Source of the DNA: an uncultured Gammaproteobacteria bacterium
GTDB lineage: Bacteria > Patescibacteriota > Patescibacteriia > Magasanikbacterales > UBA10003
Direction of reading: 5' to 3'
DNA length: 57,830 nucleotides
NCBI GenBank assembly: GCA_964596405.1
Contig: CAZQSS010000002.1
Span: forward strand, 1 to 57,830
Shown here: piece by piece, positions 42,044-52,293 of the stretch
How positions within the stretch are numbered: position 1 is the first letter of the stretch
Layout of the letters: each line of letters starts with the position of its first letter
The notes under the pieces: generated by a model
Databases searched by the model: none
Told to the model about the DNA's origin: nothing
The model's input: only the letters and a program-made list of their open reading frames with translations
Made by a program: the position numbers and the translations under genes

Positions 42044-42874
42044 TTATTTTGATCTTTGAATTATAAGCTTGTTGGTCCACTTGTTCTTTTTTCTGGTCTT
42101 CATGCCCAGGGCCGGTTTGCCCCAAGGCGTTTCCGGGCGGCGCATACCAATGGGATTGTGGCCTTCACCGCCACCGTGCGGATGGTCAATCGGATTCATG
42201 GCCTTACCTCTAACTTCCGGTCTCCAACCCAGGTGGCGCATGCGACCGGCTTTGCCCCAGCGAACCAAATTGTGATCGGGGTTGCTTAACTGACCAATAG
42301 ATGCCCGACAATTTTTAATAAAATGACGAACCTCGCCCGAAGGCATCTTTAAACTGGCAAAATCGCCTTCAACAGCCAAAAGTTGGGATCCGGCGCCGGC
42401 GCCGCGGACCATTTGTCCGCCCTTGCCCGGCTGTAATTCCACATTGTGAACCACAAAACCAATCGGGATGAATTCTAGTGGCATGCGGTTGCCCAAACCG
42501 GCTTCAATTTTATTTTTTGAAGATAAAACCTTATCACCAACTTTGATATTGAGCGGAGCCAAAATGTAACTCTTGACGCCGTCCGCGTATTTAATCAAAG
42601 CAATGCGGGCGCCGCGATTCGGATCATATTCAATCGCCAACACCTCGGCCGGCATATCCAATTTATTAACTTGCTTGAAATCAACCAGCCGATAATAACG
42701 GCGATTGCCACCGCCCCGATGACGCACGGTAATGGTACCATGGGATCGGCCATTGCGACGGGTCGGTTTGGTGATCAATGACTTTTCCGGTTCAAACTTA
42801 GTAATATCTTCAAACGTATCCACGCTAGAAAACCGACGGCCACCTAAATTTTTCTTGTATACTCTAACTGGCAT
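42044..42874 (-). CDS. rplB: 50S ribosomal protein L2
   Basis: 276 aa with GRNxxGxITxRHRGGG-type blocks. Confidence 0.96.
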   Translation of the reverse strand: MPVRVYKKNLGGRRFSSVDTFEDITKFEPEKSLITKPTRRNGRSHGTITVRHRGGGNRRYYRLVDFKQVNKLDMPAEVLAIEYDPNRGARIALIKYADGVKSYILAPLNIKVGDKVLSSKNKIEAGLGNRMPLEFIPIGFVVHNVELQPGKGGQMVRGAGAGSQLLAVEGDFASLKMPSGEVRHFIKNCRASIGQLSNPDHNLVRWGKAGRMRHLGWRPEVRGKAMNPIDHPHGGGEGHNPIGMRRPETPWGKPALGMKTRKKNKWTNKLIIQRSK

Positions 42875-42879
42875 AAATA

Positions 42880-43311
42880 TTAAACTTGTTTGTGAAGTTC
42901 TATTCTCTCGCCTTTTTTAACAGTGACAATGGCTTTTTTGCGATTTTTACGGCTACCTGACACGCGGCCATAACGCACCTGCTTACCTTTGGAATTGACA
43001 ATCCTTACGCTCTCAACATGAACGCCAAAGGTTCCCTCAATCGCTTTTCTAATTTCAATTTTATTCGCGCGAGGCGACACTTCAAAACAATACTGGCTGT
43101 CACCTTCCAGATAAGTGGTTTTCTCAGTGACAATCGGATGTAATAAGATTTTAAAAGCATTGTGATTCTTTTTAGACGCTGTCGGCTGACTTTCAGAAAC
43201 TATTGGCTCAACCGTTACCGGCTTGACTTTTTCTTTTTTGGCAACCTTAACAACCGGCGCTTTAGCCTTTTGGTTTGCTTCTTCTTGTTTTTTAAACCAA
43301 TTGAATGCCAT
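42880..43311 (-). CDS. rplW: 50S ribosomal protein L23 (N-terminal extension of about 50 aa)
   Basis: The C-terminal approx 90 aa match L23. Operon position agrees. Confidence 0.88.
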   Translation of the reverse strand: MAFNWFKKQEEANQKAKAPVVKVAKKEKVKPVTVEPIVSESQPTASKKNHNAFKILLHPIVTEKTTYLEGDSQYCFEVSPRANKIEIRKAIEGTFGVHVESVRIVNSKGKQVRYGRVSGSRKNRKKAIVTVKKGERIELHKQV

Positions 43312-43313
43312 AT

Positions 43314-43952
43314 TTATTTTTTATATGTCTCTTGCCAATAATCAACAGTGTCTTTAACCGTCAAAATCGTGTGACTCTTCAGTAAATCTATCAAATTAAG
43401 TGAACCCAAATCGGCCTGGCTAATATTAGGGATGTTGCGTGAAGCTAAACCCATATTTTCCGCATCTTGACGTTTGGGGAAAACCAGTAAAACTCTTTTG
43501 CCCTTGATTGGCAACTTTTTCAATAAACTGCCGACCAATTTGGTTTTTGGTGTTTCCAAATTGAAATTCTCTAAAAGAAGCAAGGCGCCATCTTTAACCT
43601 TTTCTGATAAAGCCATAAGGAAAGCCAGCTTCTTGGTTTTTTTGTTGATTTTAACTTTAAAATTACGGTCTTTGCGCGGACCAAAAGTGACACCGCCACC
43701 GCGCCAAATTGGCGAACGGATGGAACCATGACGAGCGCGGCCGGTGCCTTTTTGTTTCCACGGCTTCTTACCGCCGCCGGAAACCTCACCCTTGGTTTTT
43801 GTGTGGGCCAAAACCTGACGATCGTTGGCGGTCATGCCTCTGACGACTTCATGTAATAAACCGATTTTTGCCTTAACACCAAAAACTTCCGGCATCAATT
43901 CTACCGATCCCACTTCTTTTCCTTCCCAATTGTAGACACTTACTTTAGACAT
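43314..43952 (-). CDS. rplD: 50S ribosomal protein L4
   Basis: Sequence match and operon position. Confidence 0.95.
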   Translation of the reverse strand: MSKVSVYNWEGKEVGSVELMPEVFGVKAKIGLLHEVVRGMTANDRQVLAHTKTKGEVSGGGKKPWKQKGTGRARHGSIRSPIWRGGGVTFGPRKDRNFKVKINKKTKKLAFLMALSEKVKDGALLLLENFNLETPKTKLVGSLLKKLPIKGKRVLLVFPKRQDAENMGLASRNIPNISQADLGSLNLIDLLKSHTILTVKDTVDYWQETYKK

Positions 43953-43958
43953 AAATGA

Positions 43959-44591
43959 TTATTCCCTGACGGTCTTAATAACCACGACCGCGTTCCGACT
44001 GCCGGGTAAAGCACCCTTGATTTTTAAAAGATTGTTTGCCTCGTCTATTTCCACTATTTCTAAATTTTTAATCGTGGTGAGCGTATCGCCCATATGTCCG
44101 GCCATGCGTTTACCCTTGGCCACCGGGCCTTGACGTTTTGAACCAATGGAGCCGGGCATGCGCAAGTTATCTTTTTGGCCGTGTGAACCGGGGCCGCCAT
44201 GAAAACCGTGACGTCTGACCACACCTTGGAAGCCCTTACCTTTAGAAACGCCGGTCACATCAACTCTATCCCCGGTTTTAAAACTTTCAACGGTAATTTT
44301 GGCGCCGCGTTCTAATGGCGGAGTGGTCGCATCTTTAAAATAGAATTCCCGCAAGTGCCGGACTATTGGTAAATCTTTCAAATGGCCGACTTGGGGTTTG
44401 CTTAACTTCTTTTGATCCACCTCATCAAAACCGATTTGAATGGCTATGCCACCCAACGGCATTTTAGTTTTTACCTCGGTAACATAACAAGGGCCGGCTT
44501 GAACTTCGGTCACGGGCACTTCTTCGCCGTCGGCCCTGAAAACTTGCGACATCTGAATTTTTTTACCAAGAATGAATCTCATATTATACAA
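43959..44591 (-). CDS. rplC: 50S ribosomal protein L3
   Basis: Sequence match and operon position. An alternative start is at 44582. Confidence 0.95.
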   Translation of the reverse strand: MYNMRFILGKKIQMSQVFRADGEEVPVTEVQAGPCYVTEVKTKMPLGGIAIQIGFDEVDQKKLSKPQVGHLKDLPIVRHLREFYFKDATTPPLERGAKITVESFKTGDRVDVTGVSKGKGFQGVVRRHGFHGGPGSHGQKDNLRMPGSIGSKRQGPVAKGKRMAGHMGDTLTTIKNLEIVEIDEANNLLKIKGALPGSRNAVVVIKTVRE

Positions 44592-44594
44592 AAA

Positions 44595-44648
44595 GTCACC
44601 AACTCAACATGGCTTTTTATCAGTAAAAAAGCCGGGTTGAGTTGGCGA
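44595..44648 (-). other. Long hairpin in the unusually long (192-nt) rpsJ-rplC intercistronic spacer
   Basis: GTCACCAACTCAAC..GGCTTTTT-atcagt-AAAAAGCC..GTTGAGTTGGCGAC. Confidence 0.5.
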
Positions 44649-44783
44649 CCTTATAAATCTCTAAGGTCTTTTTTTATACTTTAGCTTGTCAATTTTCTCC
44701 TTGAAGCTCACCGTCAGTTGGTAGAAGTTTTCTTGCCCCGGGTGGGCGAAGATCCTCTCTACTGGCCAACAACAAGCATTTAA

Positions 44784-45134
44784 TTACATTTTAATTTCCA
44801 CCTCTACGCCAGCCGGTAAATTCAAGTGTTGCAGGGCGTCGATTAATTTTGGATTCGGGTCAATAATATCAATTAATCTTTTGTGAACCCGCATCTCATA
44901 TTGTTCGCGCGCGTCTTTGTGGACAAAAGTGGAACGATTGACCGTATAAATCTTCTTTTCAGTCGGTAACGGTACTGGCCCCAGGAGCGTAGCGTTATTG
45001 CGTCGGCTGGTTTCCATAATAGTCTGGGCGGCCTGATCAATGATCCGGTGATCATAAGCGCAAATCTTAACCCTCAGACGTAAATGGACCTCTTCGGCTT
45101 TTTCAGTTTTTTTCACAGACTTAACGTCGCTCAT
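44784..45134 (-). CDS. rpsJ: 30S ribosomal protein S10
   Basis: Block LRLRVKICAYDHRIIDQ...GPVPLPT, with a short N-terminal extension. Confidence 0.95.
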   Translation of the reverse strand: MSDVKSVKKTEKAEEVHLRLRVKICAYDHRIIDQAAQTIMETSRRNNATLLGPVPLPTEKKIYTVNRSTFVHKDAREQYEMRVHKRLIDIIDPNPKLIDALQHLNLPAGVEVEIKM

Positions 45135-45192
45135 GTGTTTTAATTTAAGAATTTACTAAAATCCCGCCCCCTTTTGGGACAGGATTTTTATT

Positions 45193-46383
45193 TTACTTGG
45201 TAATTTTGGTGACCGCGCCGGCGCCAACGGTTTTACCGCCTTCGCGGATAGCAAAACGTTGTGATTCTTCCAAAGCCACCGGTACGATTAATTTAATCTT
45301 TAATTCCACGGTATCGCCGGGCATAACCATTTCAGTTCCAGCCGGTAATTCAACCTCGCCGGTTACATCGGTAGTGCGGATATAAAACTGGGGTTTGTAG
45401 CCTTTAAAGAATGGTTTATGACGGCCGCCTTCTTCTTTGCTTAATATGTAAACCTTGCCTTCAAATTCGGTATGAGGAGTGACTGAACCCGGTTTGACTA
45501 AAACCATACCGCGTTGCACTTCGTCTTTTTTAGTACCGCGCAAGAGCAAGCCGGCATTGTCGCCAGCCAGGCCTTCGTCTAATGATTTGTTGAACATTTC
45601 AATACCGGTCACAACGGTCTTTTTGGTTTCACCCAAACCGACCAGTTCCATTTCATCATTTAAATGAATGGTGCCTCTTTCAATTCTGCCGGTGGCGACT
45701 GTGCCACGGCCTTCAATTGAAAAGACATCTTCAACCGGCATTAAGAACGGTTTATCGGTGGCGCGAACCGGATTCGGAATATATTCATCTAAGGCTTTTA
45801 ACAAATCAAAAATGGGTTTAGCCGCCGCCTCATCTTTAGGATTCTGCACGGCCTTGAGCGCGCTACCGCGGATAACCGGGGTAGTATCGCCGGGAAATTC
45901 ATATTTCTTTAACAAATCGCGAACTTCTTCTTCAACTAAATCAATCAATTCCGGATCACTCACCTGATCAACTTTGTTTAAAAAGACAACTATATAAGGC
46001 ACACCGACTTGGCGGGCCAAAAGAATGTGTTCACGAGTCTGAGGCATGGGGCCGTCAGTGGCCGAAACAACCAAAATCGCGCCATCCATCTGAGCGGCGC
46101 CGGTAATCATGTTTTTAATGTAATCGGCGTGCCCCGGACAGTCAACGTGAGCATAGTGACGAACGTCACTTTCGTACTCCACGTGAGCGGTGGCAATGGT
46201 AATACCGCGAGCCTTTTCTTCCGGCGCGGCATCAATCTGATCAACGCCTTTATTTTGAGCCTTTTTGCCATGAGCTAAAAGCACCTGCAAAATAGCGGCG
46301 GTCAAAGTTGTTTTACCATGGTCAACGTGACCGATAGTGCCCACATTAACGTGGGTTTTTGAACGTTCAAATTTTTCTGCCAT
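45193..46383 (-). CDS. tuf: Elongation factor Tu
   Basis: 396 aa with [14 protein letters not shown] and NKVD. Confidence 0.98.
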   Translation of the reverse strand: MAEKFERSKTHVNVGTIGHVDHGKTTLTAAILQVLLAHGKKAQNKGVDQIDAAPEEKARGITIATAHVEYESDVRHYAHVDCPGHADYIKNMITGAAQMDGAILVVSATDGPMPQTREHILLARQVGVPYIVVFLNKVDQVSDPELIDLVEEEVRDLLKKYEFPGDTTPVIRGSALKAVQNPKDEAAAKPIFDLLKALDEYIPNPVRATDKPFLMPVEDVFSIEGRGTVATGRIERGTIHLNDEMELVGLGETKKTVVTGIEMFNKSLDEGLAGDNAGLLLRGTKKDEVQRGMVLVKPGSVTPHTEFEGKVYILSKEEGGRHKPFFKGYKPQFYIRTTDVTGEVELPAGTEMVMPGDTVELKIKLIVPVALEESQRFAIREGGKTVGAGAVTKITK

Positions 46384-46490
46384 ACGATTTTTTATTTAGA
46401 TTCTAATTAAATTTAAGATTTTAATTAGTTAGTTATTATACGCAGAAAACATTATAGCACACCTGCCATAAAAAGGCAAGTGGCGCGGGA

Positions 46491-46877
46491 TTAGGACTCA
46501 ACCGGCTCAAAATTATACTGATCTTTGTCATCTTCTTTGGCGGTTTCCGCTTCGGCGACTGCCGGCGCTTCTTCGGTCAAAAAAACCTCTTCTTTTGCTG
46601 TTGACTGACTCAAGGGCGGCGCGAGAGGAACAACCGGAGGCGCTTTTTGCGCCACTGCCATCTCTTGCTTGGCCCGCCACAGGGCGATATCGCTGTTGAT
46701 CTTTTCTAAAAGCTGGGATTCACTGTGGGCCTTGGGTTTTTCCGGCTTGGCCAATAATTTTTCATAATCGGCCAGCGACATCACCACGTACGGCGTGTTA
46801 CTGTCGGTTTCCCAAATAATAAAACGATCCCCCGTCTTTTGAATCAACTCTATAATTTTTTTTATACTCGCGTCCAT
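46491..46877 (-). CDS. Hypothetical protein with Phd/YefM-like N-terminal segment, between fusA and tuf
   Basis: 128 aa. The N-terminus ..DRFIIWETDSNTPYVVMSLADYEKLL resembles the antitoxin-type fold. The C-terminus is acidic and low-complexity. Confidence 0.45.
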   Translation of the reverse strand: MDASIKKIIELIQKTGDRFIIWETDSNTPYVVMSLADYEKLLAKPEKPKAHSESQLLEKINSDIALWRAKQEMAVAQKAPPVVPLAPPLSQSTAKEEVFLTEEAPAVAEAETAKEDDKDQYNFEPVES

Positions 46878-46989
46878 ACTCTAATACTAATTACTAATTT
46901 TCACATGGCTACGAATTACTAATTTTTACCAATATACAAATCCAATTTGTATATTTGTATCCATTTGTAATTTGTAGAGTATTGTTATT

Positions 46990-49065
46990 TTATTTCTTCT
47001 TGCCCTCAATAATTTCTTGAGCTTTGTTGGCCGGCACCTCGGCGTAATGAGAAAATTCCATAGTATAAGAAGCGCGGCCCTGAGTCATGGAACGCAAATC
47101 CGTGGCATAACCGAACATTTCGGCCAAAGGCACATCCGCGTCAATCACTTTAATACCCGAGCGATCACGCATTTCTTTAATCTGGCCGCGTTTGGAGCTT
47201 AAATTGCCAATGACATCACCCATAAATTGTTCCGGAGTGATTACTTCAATTTTCATGACCGGCTCAAGCAAAATCAAACCGGCTTTCCTGACGGCCGCCT
47301 GCAAAGCAAACGAACCGGCCAATTTGAAAGCCGCTTCAGAAGAATCTACATCGTGATAGGAACCGTCAAAAACCGCCACCTTAATATCAATCAAAGGATA
47401 ACCGGCCAAAACGCCTCTTTCCAGCGCTTCTTTAACGCCTTTTTGAATTGGCGGAATAAATTCTTTGGGGACCACGCCGCCTTTTAATTCATTGATAAAC
47501 TCATAACCCTTGCCTTTTTCATTCGGCTCAACCCGCAACCAGCAATGGCCATATTGACCGCGGCCACCCGATTGGTGAATGTATTTACCTTCGGCTTCGG
47601 CGCTACCCTTGATGGTTTCTTTGAAGGCGACCTGCGGCCGACCCACATTAGCTTCTACTTTAAATTCGCGTTTCATGCGGTCAACCAAAATTTCCAAATG
47701 CAATTCGCCCATGCCCCACATAATGGTCTGGGAAGTTTCTTCGTCATTTTTAACTTTGAAAGTCGGATCTTCTTCCGTCAATTTCTGAAGCGCCACACCC
47801 ATCTTTTCTTGGTCAGCCTTGGTTTTGGGTTCCACGGCGATGGAGATAACCGGCTCCGGAAAAGTAATGGTTTCCAGCGCGACCGGACGGTTAGGATCGC
47901 AAAGAGTGTGACCGGTAAAAGTATTTTTAAGACCAACGGTGGCGGCAATTTCACCGGCAAAAACTTCTTCAATATCTTCACGGTGATTGGCATACATGCG
48001 CAAAATACGGCCGATGCGTTCTTTCTCGCCGGTGGCGGCATTTAACACATAACTGCCGGCTTTGAGGGCGCCGGAATAAACACGAAAATAAGCGATTTTA
48101 CCCACAAACGGGTCGGTGGCAATCTTAAAAGCCAGGGCCACAAACGGCTCAGCATCAGAGGCGTGACATTCAATAATTTTTTCCGGATCGCGGACATCAT
48201 GAGCCTTAGCTGGTGGAATATCCATCGGGCTCGGCAAATAATCAGCCACCGCGTCCAACATAAATTGCACGCCTTTATTCTTCAGGGCGCTGCCGCAAAG
48301 AATCGGCACAATATCAAAATTAATTACCGCCTGACGCAACACTCTTTTTAAATCCGGGATGGGAATTTCCTCACCGGCCACAAATTTATTTAAAAGGACC
48401 TCGTCGTTTTCCGCGATTTTTTCAATCAACCTGGCCCGATACTCCTCAACCATTTCTTTCATCTCAGCCGGCACTTCTTCTTCTTTGATGTCTTTGCCCA
48501 GATCATCCATAAACATAAAAACCTTGCGCGTAAAGAGATCAATAATGCCTTTAAAATTAGCTTCGACGCCGACGGGCAACTGGAGCGGAATAGCGTCTTT
48601 AGTTAAACGCTCGTTGATAGATTTAACATCAGCAAAAAAATCCGCGCCCATGCGATCCAATTTATTGACAAAACAGATGCGTGGCACGCGATACTCATCG
48701 GCATAACGCCAGTTGGTTTCCGATTGCGGTTCCACGCCGGCCACGCCATCAAAAATGACCACGGCGCCGTCTAAAACGCGCAAAGAACGCTTGACTTCCA
48801 CGGTAAAATCAATATGCCCGGGAGTATCAATAATGTTTAAACGACAATCTTTCCAAAAACAGGTGGTGGCGGCGGAAGTGATGGTAATGCCGCGTTCGCG
48901 CTCCTGTTCCATCCAATCCATCTCGGCCGCCCCTTCATGCACTTCACCGATTTTATGTTTCTTGCCGGTATAAAAAAGCACCCGTTCAGTCACGGTGGTT
49001 TTGCCCGCGTCAATGTGGGCAATAATGCCGATATTACGGGTTTTCTCTATTGGATACTCACGCAT
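46990..49065 (-). CDS. fusA: Elongation factor G
   Basis: 691 aa with [17 protein letters not shown] and NKLD. Confidence 0.98.
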   Translation of the reverse strand: MREYPIEKTRNIGIIAHIDAGKTTVTERVLFYTGKKHKIGEVHEGAAEMDWMEQERERGITITSAATTCFWKDCRLNIIDTPGHIDFTVEVKRSLRVLDGAVVIFDGVAGVEPQSETNWRYADEYRVPRICFVNKLDRMGADFFADVKSINERLTKDAIPLQLPVGVEANFKGIIDLFTRKVFMFMDDLGKDIKEEEVPAEMKEMVEEYRARLIEKIAENDEVLLNKFVAGEEIPIPDLKRVLRQAVINFDIVPILCGSALKNKGVQFMLDAVADYLPSPMDIPPAKAHDVRDPEKIIECHASDAEPFVALAFKIATDPFVGKIAYFRVYSGALKAGSYVLNAATGEKERIGRILRMYANHREDIEEVFAGEIAATVGLKNTFTGHTLCDPNRPVALETITFPEPVISIAVEPKTKADQEKMGVALQKLTEEDPTFKVKNDEETSQTIMWGMGELHLEILVDRMKREFKVEANVGRPQVAFKETIKGSAEAEGKYIHQSGGRGQYGHCWLRVEPNEKGKGYEFINELKGGVVPKEFIPPIQKGVKEALERGVLAGYPLIDIKVAVFDGSYHDVDSSEAAFKLAGSFALQAAVRKAGLILLEPVMKIEVITPEQFMGDVIGNLSSKRGQIKEMRDRSGIKVIDADVPLAEMFGYATDLRSMTQGRASYTMEFSHYAEVPANKAQEIIEGKKK

Positions 49066-49112
49066 AATGTCTACAAATTACAAATGAATACAAATATACA
49101 AATTGACTTGAC

Positions 49113-49529
49113 TTAATTTAGATTAAGGATTCTTTTAAAACGAATGCCTCTGCTTGTAAAGTGTACAATTATACCAAGTTTTAAATCGGTGGCTTTTAAA
49201 TAACTGTAAATTTGTTTAATATCTTGCTGAGAAAAAAATTCCCGCTTCTTAATCTCTAAAACAATTTTGTCCTCTACTAAAAAATCCAGAAAATAAACAC
49301 CTATTTTATCACCGTGATACTTCAAATCTGTCTTAACTTCTTTTTTAAAACGAATGCCATGATTATTAAATGCCAGGGCGATTGCTTTTTGAATATATTT
49401 TTCTTTATGACTCCAGCCAATCTCGTCCCAGACTTCGAATAATAGACCGACAATTTTATAACTCAATTCCGGGTAGACTACTTTATTCTTACTTCCCCGC
49501 TCATCACTTTTCTCATCGCTCTCTTCCAT
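49113..49529 (-). CDS. GxxExxY-family protein (PD-(D/E)XK nuclease superfamily)
   Basis: Start trimmed to MEESDEK to remove the overlap with rpsG. Blocks LSYKIVGLLFEVWDEIG.., DFLVEDKIVLEIKK and YLKATDLKLGIIVHF. Confidence 0.75.
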   Translation of the reverse strand: MEESDEKSDERGSKNKVVYPELSYKIVGLLFEVWDEIGWSHKEKYIQKAIALAFNNHGIRFKKEVKTDLKYHGDKIGVYFLDFLVEDKIVLEIKKREFFSQQDIKQIYSYLKATDLKLGIIVHFTSRGIRFKRILNLN

Positions 49530-49632
49530 AGTTTCAATTTGTATGTCTGTGCTTATTGGTAATTCGTGGCCTACTGGTTTGTAGCCACTTTGACTCAATT
49601 TGTATATTTGTATAAATTCGTAATCTTGTAGC

Positions 49633-50109
49633 CTATCTGGAGAACTTGGCGAAGTGAGCAAAGGCGCGGTTAGCTTCGGCCATACGCAACACATCCATCT
49701 TTTTCTTCACCGCATCGCCTTGATTCTGGGAGGCGCCCAAAAGCTCCTCAGCTAATTTTTCCGCCATGGGCTTGCCTTTGCGGCTACGAGCCGCGCCAAT
49801 AATCCAGCGGAAAGCCAAGGCGTTTTTACGTTCCGGTGCCACCGGCATGGGCACCTGATAGTTGGCGCCGCCCACGCGACGAGAACGGGTTTCCACCGTC
49901 GGACCGACATTTTTCATGGCCTCTTCAAAAATTTCTACCGGATTCTTTTTGGATTTTTCTTTCATTATATCAAAAGCCGTGTAGACTATCTTGCGCGCCA
50001 CATTTTTTTTGCCGCGCTCCATAATACAATTAATCAATTTGGCCACGACCAAATCGTTGTACATCATATCCGGCAAAATTTTTCTTTTAGATGCTTTCTT
50101 TCCTCTCAT
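49633..50109 (-). CDS. rpsG: 30S ribosomal protein S7
   Basis: Sequence match and str-operon position. Confidence 0.96.
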   Translation of the reverse strand: MRGKKASKRKILPDMMYNDLVVAKLINCIMERGKKNVARKIVYTAFDIMKEKSKKNPVEIFEEAMKNVGPTVETRSRRVGGANYQVPMPVAPERKNALAFRWIIGAARSRKGKPMAEKLAEELLGASQNQGDAVKKKMDVLRMAEANRAFAHFAKFSR

Positions 50110-50217
50110 AAATGTAAGTATGATACGAATTTACAAATTTTTTATACGAATCTACAAATTATTCGAATTATTCGTAGATTTGTATACTATATTCGTTGAT
50201 TCGTATCTTAAAATAAA
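50110..50217 (-). repeat. About 95-nt intercistronic repeat family (copy 4)
   Basis: Between the rpsL stop and the rpsG start. Shares ..ATTCGTAGATTTGTATACTATATTCGTTGATTCGTATC. Confidence 0.85.
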
Positions 50218-50634
50218 TTATTTCGGTTTTTTATTGCCATAAACTGAGCGGCCCCGACGACGTTCGGCCACGCCTTGAGTATCATAAACACCGCGAACAA
50301 TGTGATAGCGGACGCCCGGCAAATCTTTCACGCGGCCGCCGCGAATCATCACAATTGAATGTTCCTGCAAATTATGACCAATACCCGGAATATAAGCGGT
50401 CACTTCCATCCCATTGGAAAGACGCACCCTGGCAATTTTACGCAAGGCCGAGTTTGGTTTCTTTGGGGTCATGGTGGTTACTTTAACACAAACGCCGCGG
50501 ACAAACGGCCGGCCGCCCGCGATTTTAGTGCGGCGGCGGTGTAAAACATCCAAACCCCAATGCATGGCCGGAGCCTTGCTTTTCTTTTTGATACTTTTGC
50601 GTCCTTTTCTGATCAATTGATGAATCGTTGGCAT
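50218..50634 (-). CDS. rpsL: 30S ribosomal protein S12
   Basis: N-terminus [12 protein letters not shown] and block KKPNSALRK. Confidence 0.97.
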   Translation of the reverse strand: MPTIHQLIRKGRKSIKKKSKAPAMHWGLDVLHRRRTKIAGGRPFVRGVCVKVTTMTPKKPNSALRKIARVRLSNGMEVTAYIPGIGHNLQEHSIVMIRGGRVKDLPGVRYHIVRGVYDTQGVAERRRGRSVYGNKKPK

Positions 50635-50785
50635 ATTTCAAACTAAAATTTAAAATCTCAAATCTTAAAATTAAATTAAAAAACAAAAGAATATTTACAA
50701 CTCTTTTGTGGATCAGCTATTGACTCCACAATACTGGAAAATAGTATACAAAAAAACCGTAAATAAGTCAAGACCTGGCGGGAGG

Positions 50786-50838
50786 ATAAAAAAAGACACT
50801 GGAATGTTTGCGTGTTGACGCAAAATTTTCCAGTGTCT
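50786..50838 (-). terminator. Rho-independent terminator of the gene at 50851-51468
   Basis: Hairpin AGACACTGGAA..TTCCAGTGTCT followed by TTTTTTT on the minus strand. Confidence 0.8.
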
Positions 50839-50850
50839 TGTTTGGTTAGA

Positions 50851-51468
50851 TTACAAAGTGGCGGGCGGCAGGGGGCGGGCGAGAAAATAGTAATAATCGC
50901 TCCACCGGCTGACATACCCGCGCAGGGAGATAACGCGCGCCTTGCCCCGGCGACGGATCTCAACCACAAAACGGTTGGTGTCCGGCGCCACATAAACAGC
51001 GCCCAAGGCTACAATCGGATGATCTCTCTGTTCCTCGGGATTGTTGGCTCCGTAGTTCATGAGCTCGATGGGGTCCGCCAACTCATAACCCTTGGTGGCC
51101 AGCAATACCGGAATCTCTGAAAGATCAACATCGCGGCCGAAATTAAAAGTCCGGAGTTCGCTGAAAGGTGTGCCACGCGAAGGCTGAGGAAACTTGTCGG
51201 CGGTAATGGGAATGTCACGCAAGTCATAGTGACCGGCTTTGATCTGATCTTCAAAAAGCAGAAGATAAAAAGGGTCGGCCACTTTCCGAGCGACACCGAC
51301 AATGAGGACGGCAATCTGTTTGGCCAGCTCGGGATCGGCGCGCAGACGGTTCAGTTCCGCGTCTCCCCCGCCCAAGGCCAGCACGGCATCAGCCACGGCC
51401 TTGTAATTAAGTGATGCGCCGCAAAAAGCCCTGATGGACTCACAGCCGGCTCCTCTTTTTTTTGCCAT
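50851..51468 (-). CDS. Hypothetical cytoplasmic 205-aa protein (G+C-rich island)
   Basis: Start trimmed to MAKKRGAG. No signal peptide and no motif recognised. Confidence 0.55.
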   Translation of the reverse strand: MAKKRGAGCESIRAFCGASLNYKAVADAVLALGGGDAELNRLRADPELAKQIAVLIVGVARKVADPFYLLLFEDQIKAGHYDLRDIPITADKFPQPSRGTPFSELRTFNFGRDVDLSEIPVLLATKGYELADPIELMNYGANNPEEQRDHPIVALGAVYVAPDTNRFVVEIRRRGKARVISLRGYVSRWSDYYYFLARPLPPATL

Positions 51469-51517
51469 TAAGTTTCCTTTCTCCGGTTTAGTTGGTTTTT
51501 GAAGGAACACTCCTTAC

Positions 51518-51578
51518 TTCTTAATCTATTCTGAATAATTTGTCAACCTCTTGACATTTGTCTAAAAAAGACTAAGAT
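51518..51578. promoter_or_regulatory. Divergent back-to-back promoters sharing TTGTCAAcctcTTGACA
   Basis: The minus strand has TTGACA-17-TAAGAA and the plus strand has TTGACA-16-TAAGAT. The two -35 boxes are separated by 4 nt. Confidence 0.55.
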
Positions 51579-51637
51579 GAAACCAGTACTTTCCAAATCT
51601 AACCCCCGCAAGGCGGGGCAGGCAAAAAGGAGGTAAG

Positions 51638-51904
51638 GTGAGTATGATGGTCACCGTTTGGCTGATTAGCGCCCTTGTCTTTGTCGTTTCGACGTTTATT
51701 GAAGCTGTCCTCAACGCTCAGCACAATCGAACCATGTGGCAGGCGATTGCCGCGGAAAAGAATGCCAACGAAATTATCGCCTCGCTAAAACCCTATCTTC
51801 TGCCCGGCCGCATCTTTCGCGCTCTTAGTTTGAGCGCCTGTGTAATCGCCATTATCACCACTTTTATCATCGTGGGCTTCTGGATCGCAAACCTAAAACC
51901 GTAA
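51638..51904 (+). CDS. Small two-TM membrane protein (88 aa)
   Basis: AGGAGG RBS and a GTG/ATG start cluster, preceded by the CCCCGC..GGGG leader hairpin. Confidence 0.6.
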   Translation: MSMMVTVWLISALVFVVSTFIEAVLNAQHNRTMWQAIAAEKNANEIIASLKPYLLPGRIFRALSLSACVIAIITTFIIVGFWIANLKP

Positions 51905-51946
51905 ACAAACCCCGCCCTTACGGAACGGGGCAAGAAGGAGAAACCA

Positions 51947-52240
51947 ATGGAAACGGAAACAGTGATGCTTACTTGCGCTGTGATAGCCGCCATCTGTGGA
52001 CTGGTGATGTATTGCATTGTGAAAAGAAAGAATGAACTGTTTGAACAAGCAATCACGGCGGAAGACATTGATACCGAAGCCATAACCAAGGCCTACTCTT
52101 ATGGAAAAATTCCGTTCATCATCGCCCTGGTCATCGGCGCTATTGCCGTGTTTATAATTTTTATTTTGACAGCCAGCCTTTTCTTCAGCGGCCCCACCAC
52201 AAAACTCCTGCTCCCCCATATAAAACTCTTCATCGGCTAA
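51947..52240 (+). CDS. Small three-helix membrane protein (97 aa)
   Basis: GAAGGAG RBS, preceded by the CCCCGC..GGGG-type hairpin. Confidence 0.6.
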   Translation: METETVMLTCAVIAAICGLVMYCIVKRKNELFEQAITAEDIDTEAITKAYSYGKIPFIIALVIGAIAVFIIFILTASLFFSGPTTKLLLPHIKLFIG

Positions 52241-52248
52241 ACTAACCA

Positions 52249-52284
52249 ATAAAAACCCGTCTGTCAACACAGGCGGGTTTTTTC
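52249..52284. terminator. Bidirectional rho-independent terminator
   Basis: Hairpin ACCCGTCTGT-caac-ACAGGCGGGT flanked by A-run and T-run. Confidence 0.8.
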
Positions 52285-52293
52285 TAATATGCG

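Noticed and set aside
44690-44783. A possible tRNA or small RNA in the long rpsJ-rplC spacer.
   Set aside because: I could not fold a cloverleaf and found no conserved T-loop or D-loop sequences. Only the hairpin at 44595-44648 is reported.
47017-48973. Multiple plus-strand ORFs inside fusA. Similar antisense ORFs occur inside tuf, asnS, aspS, map, secY, the M50 protease gene and the gene at 53928-56057.
   Set aside because: They are antisense to strongly supported conserved genes and their translations are low-complexity.
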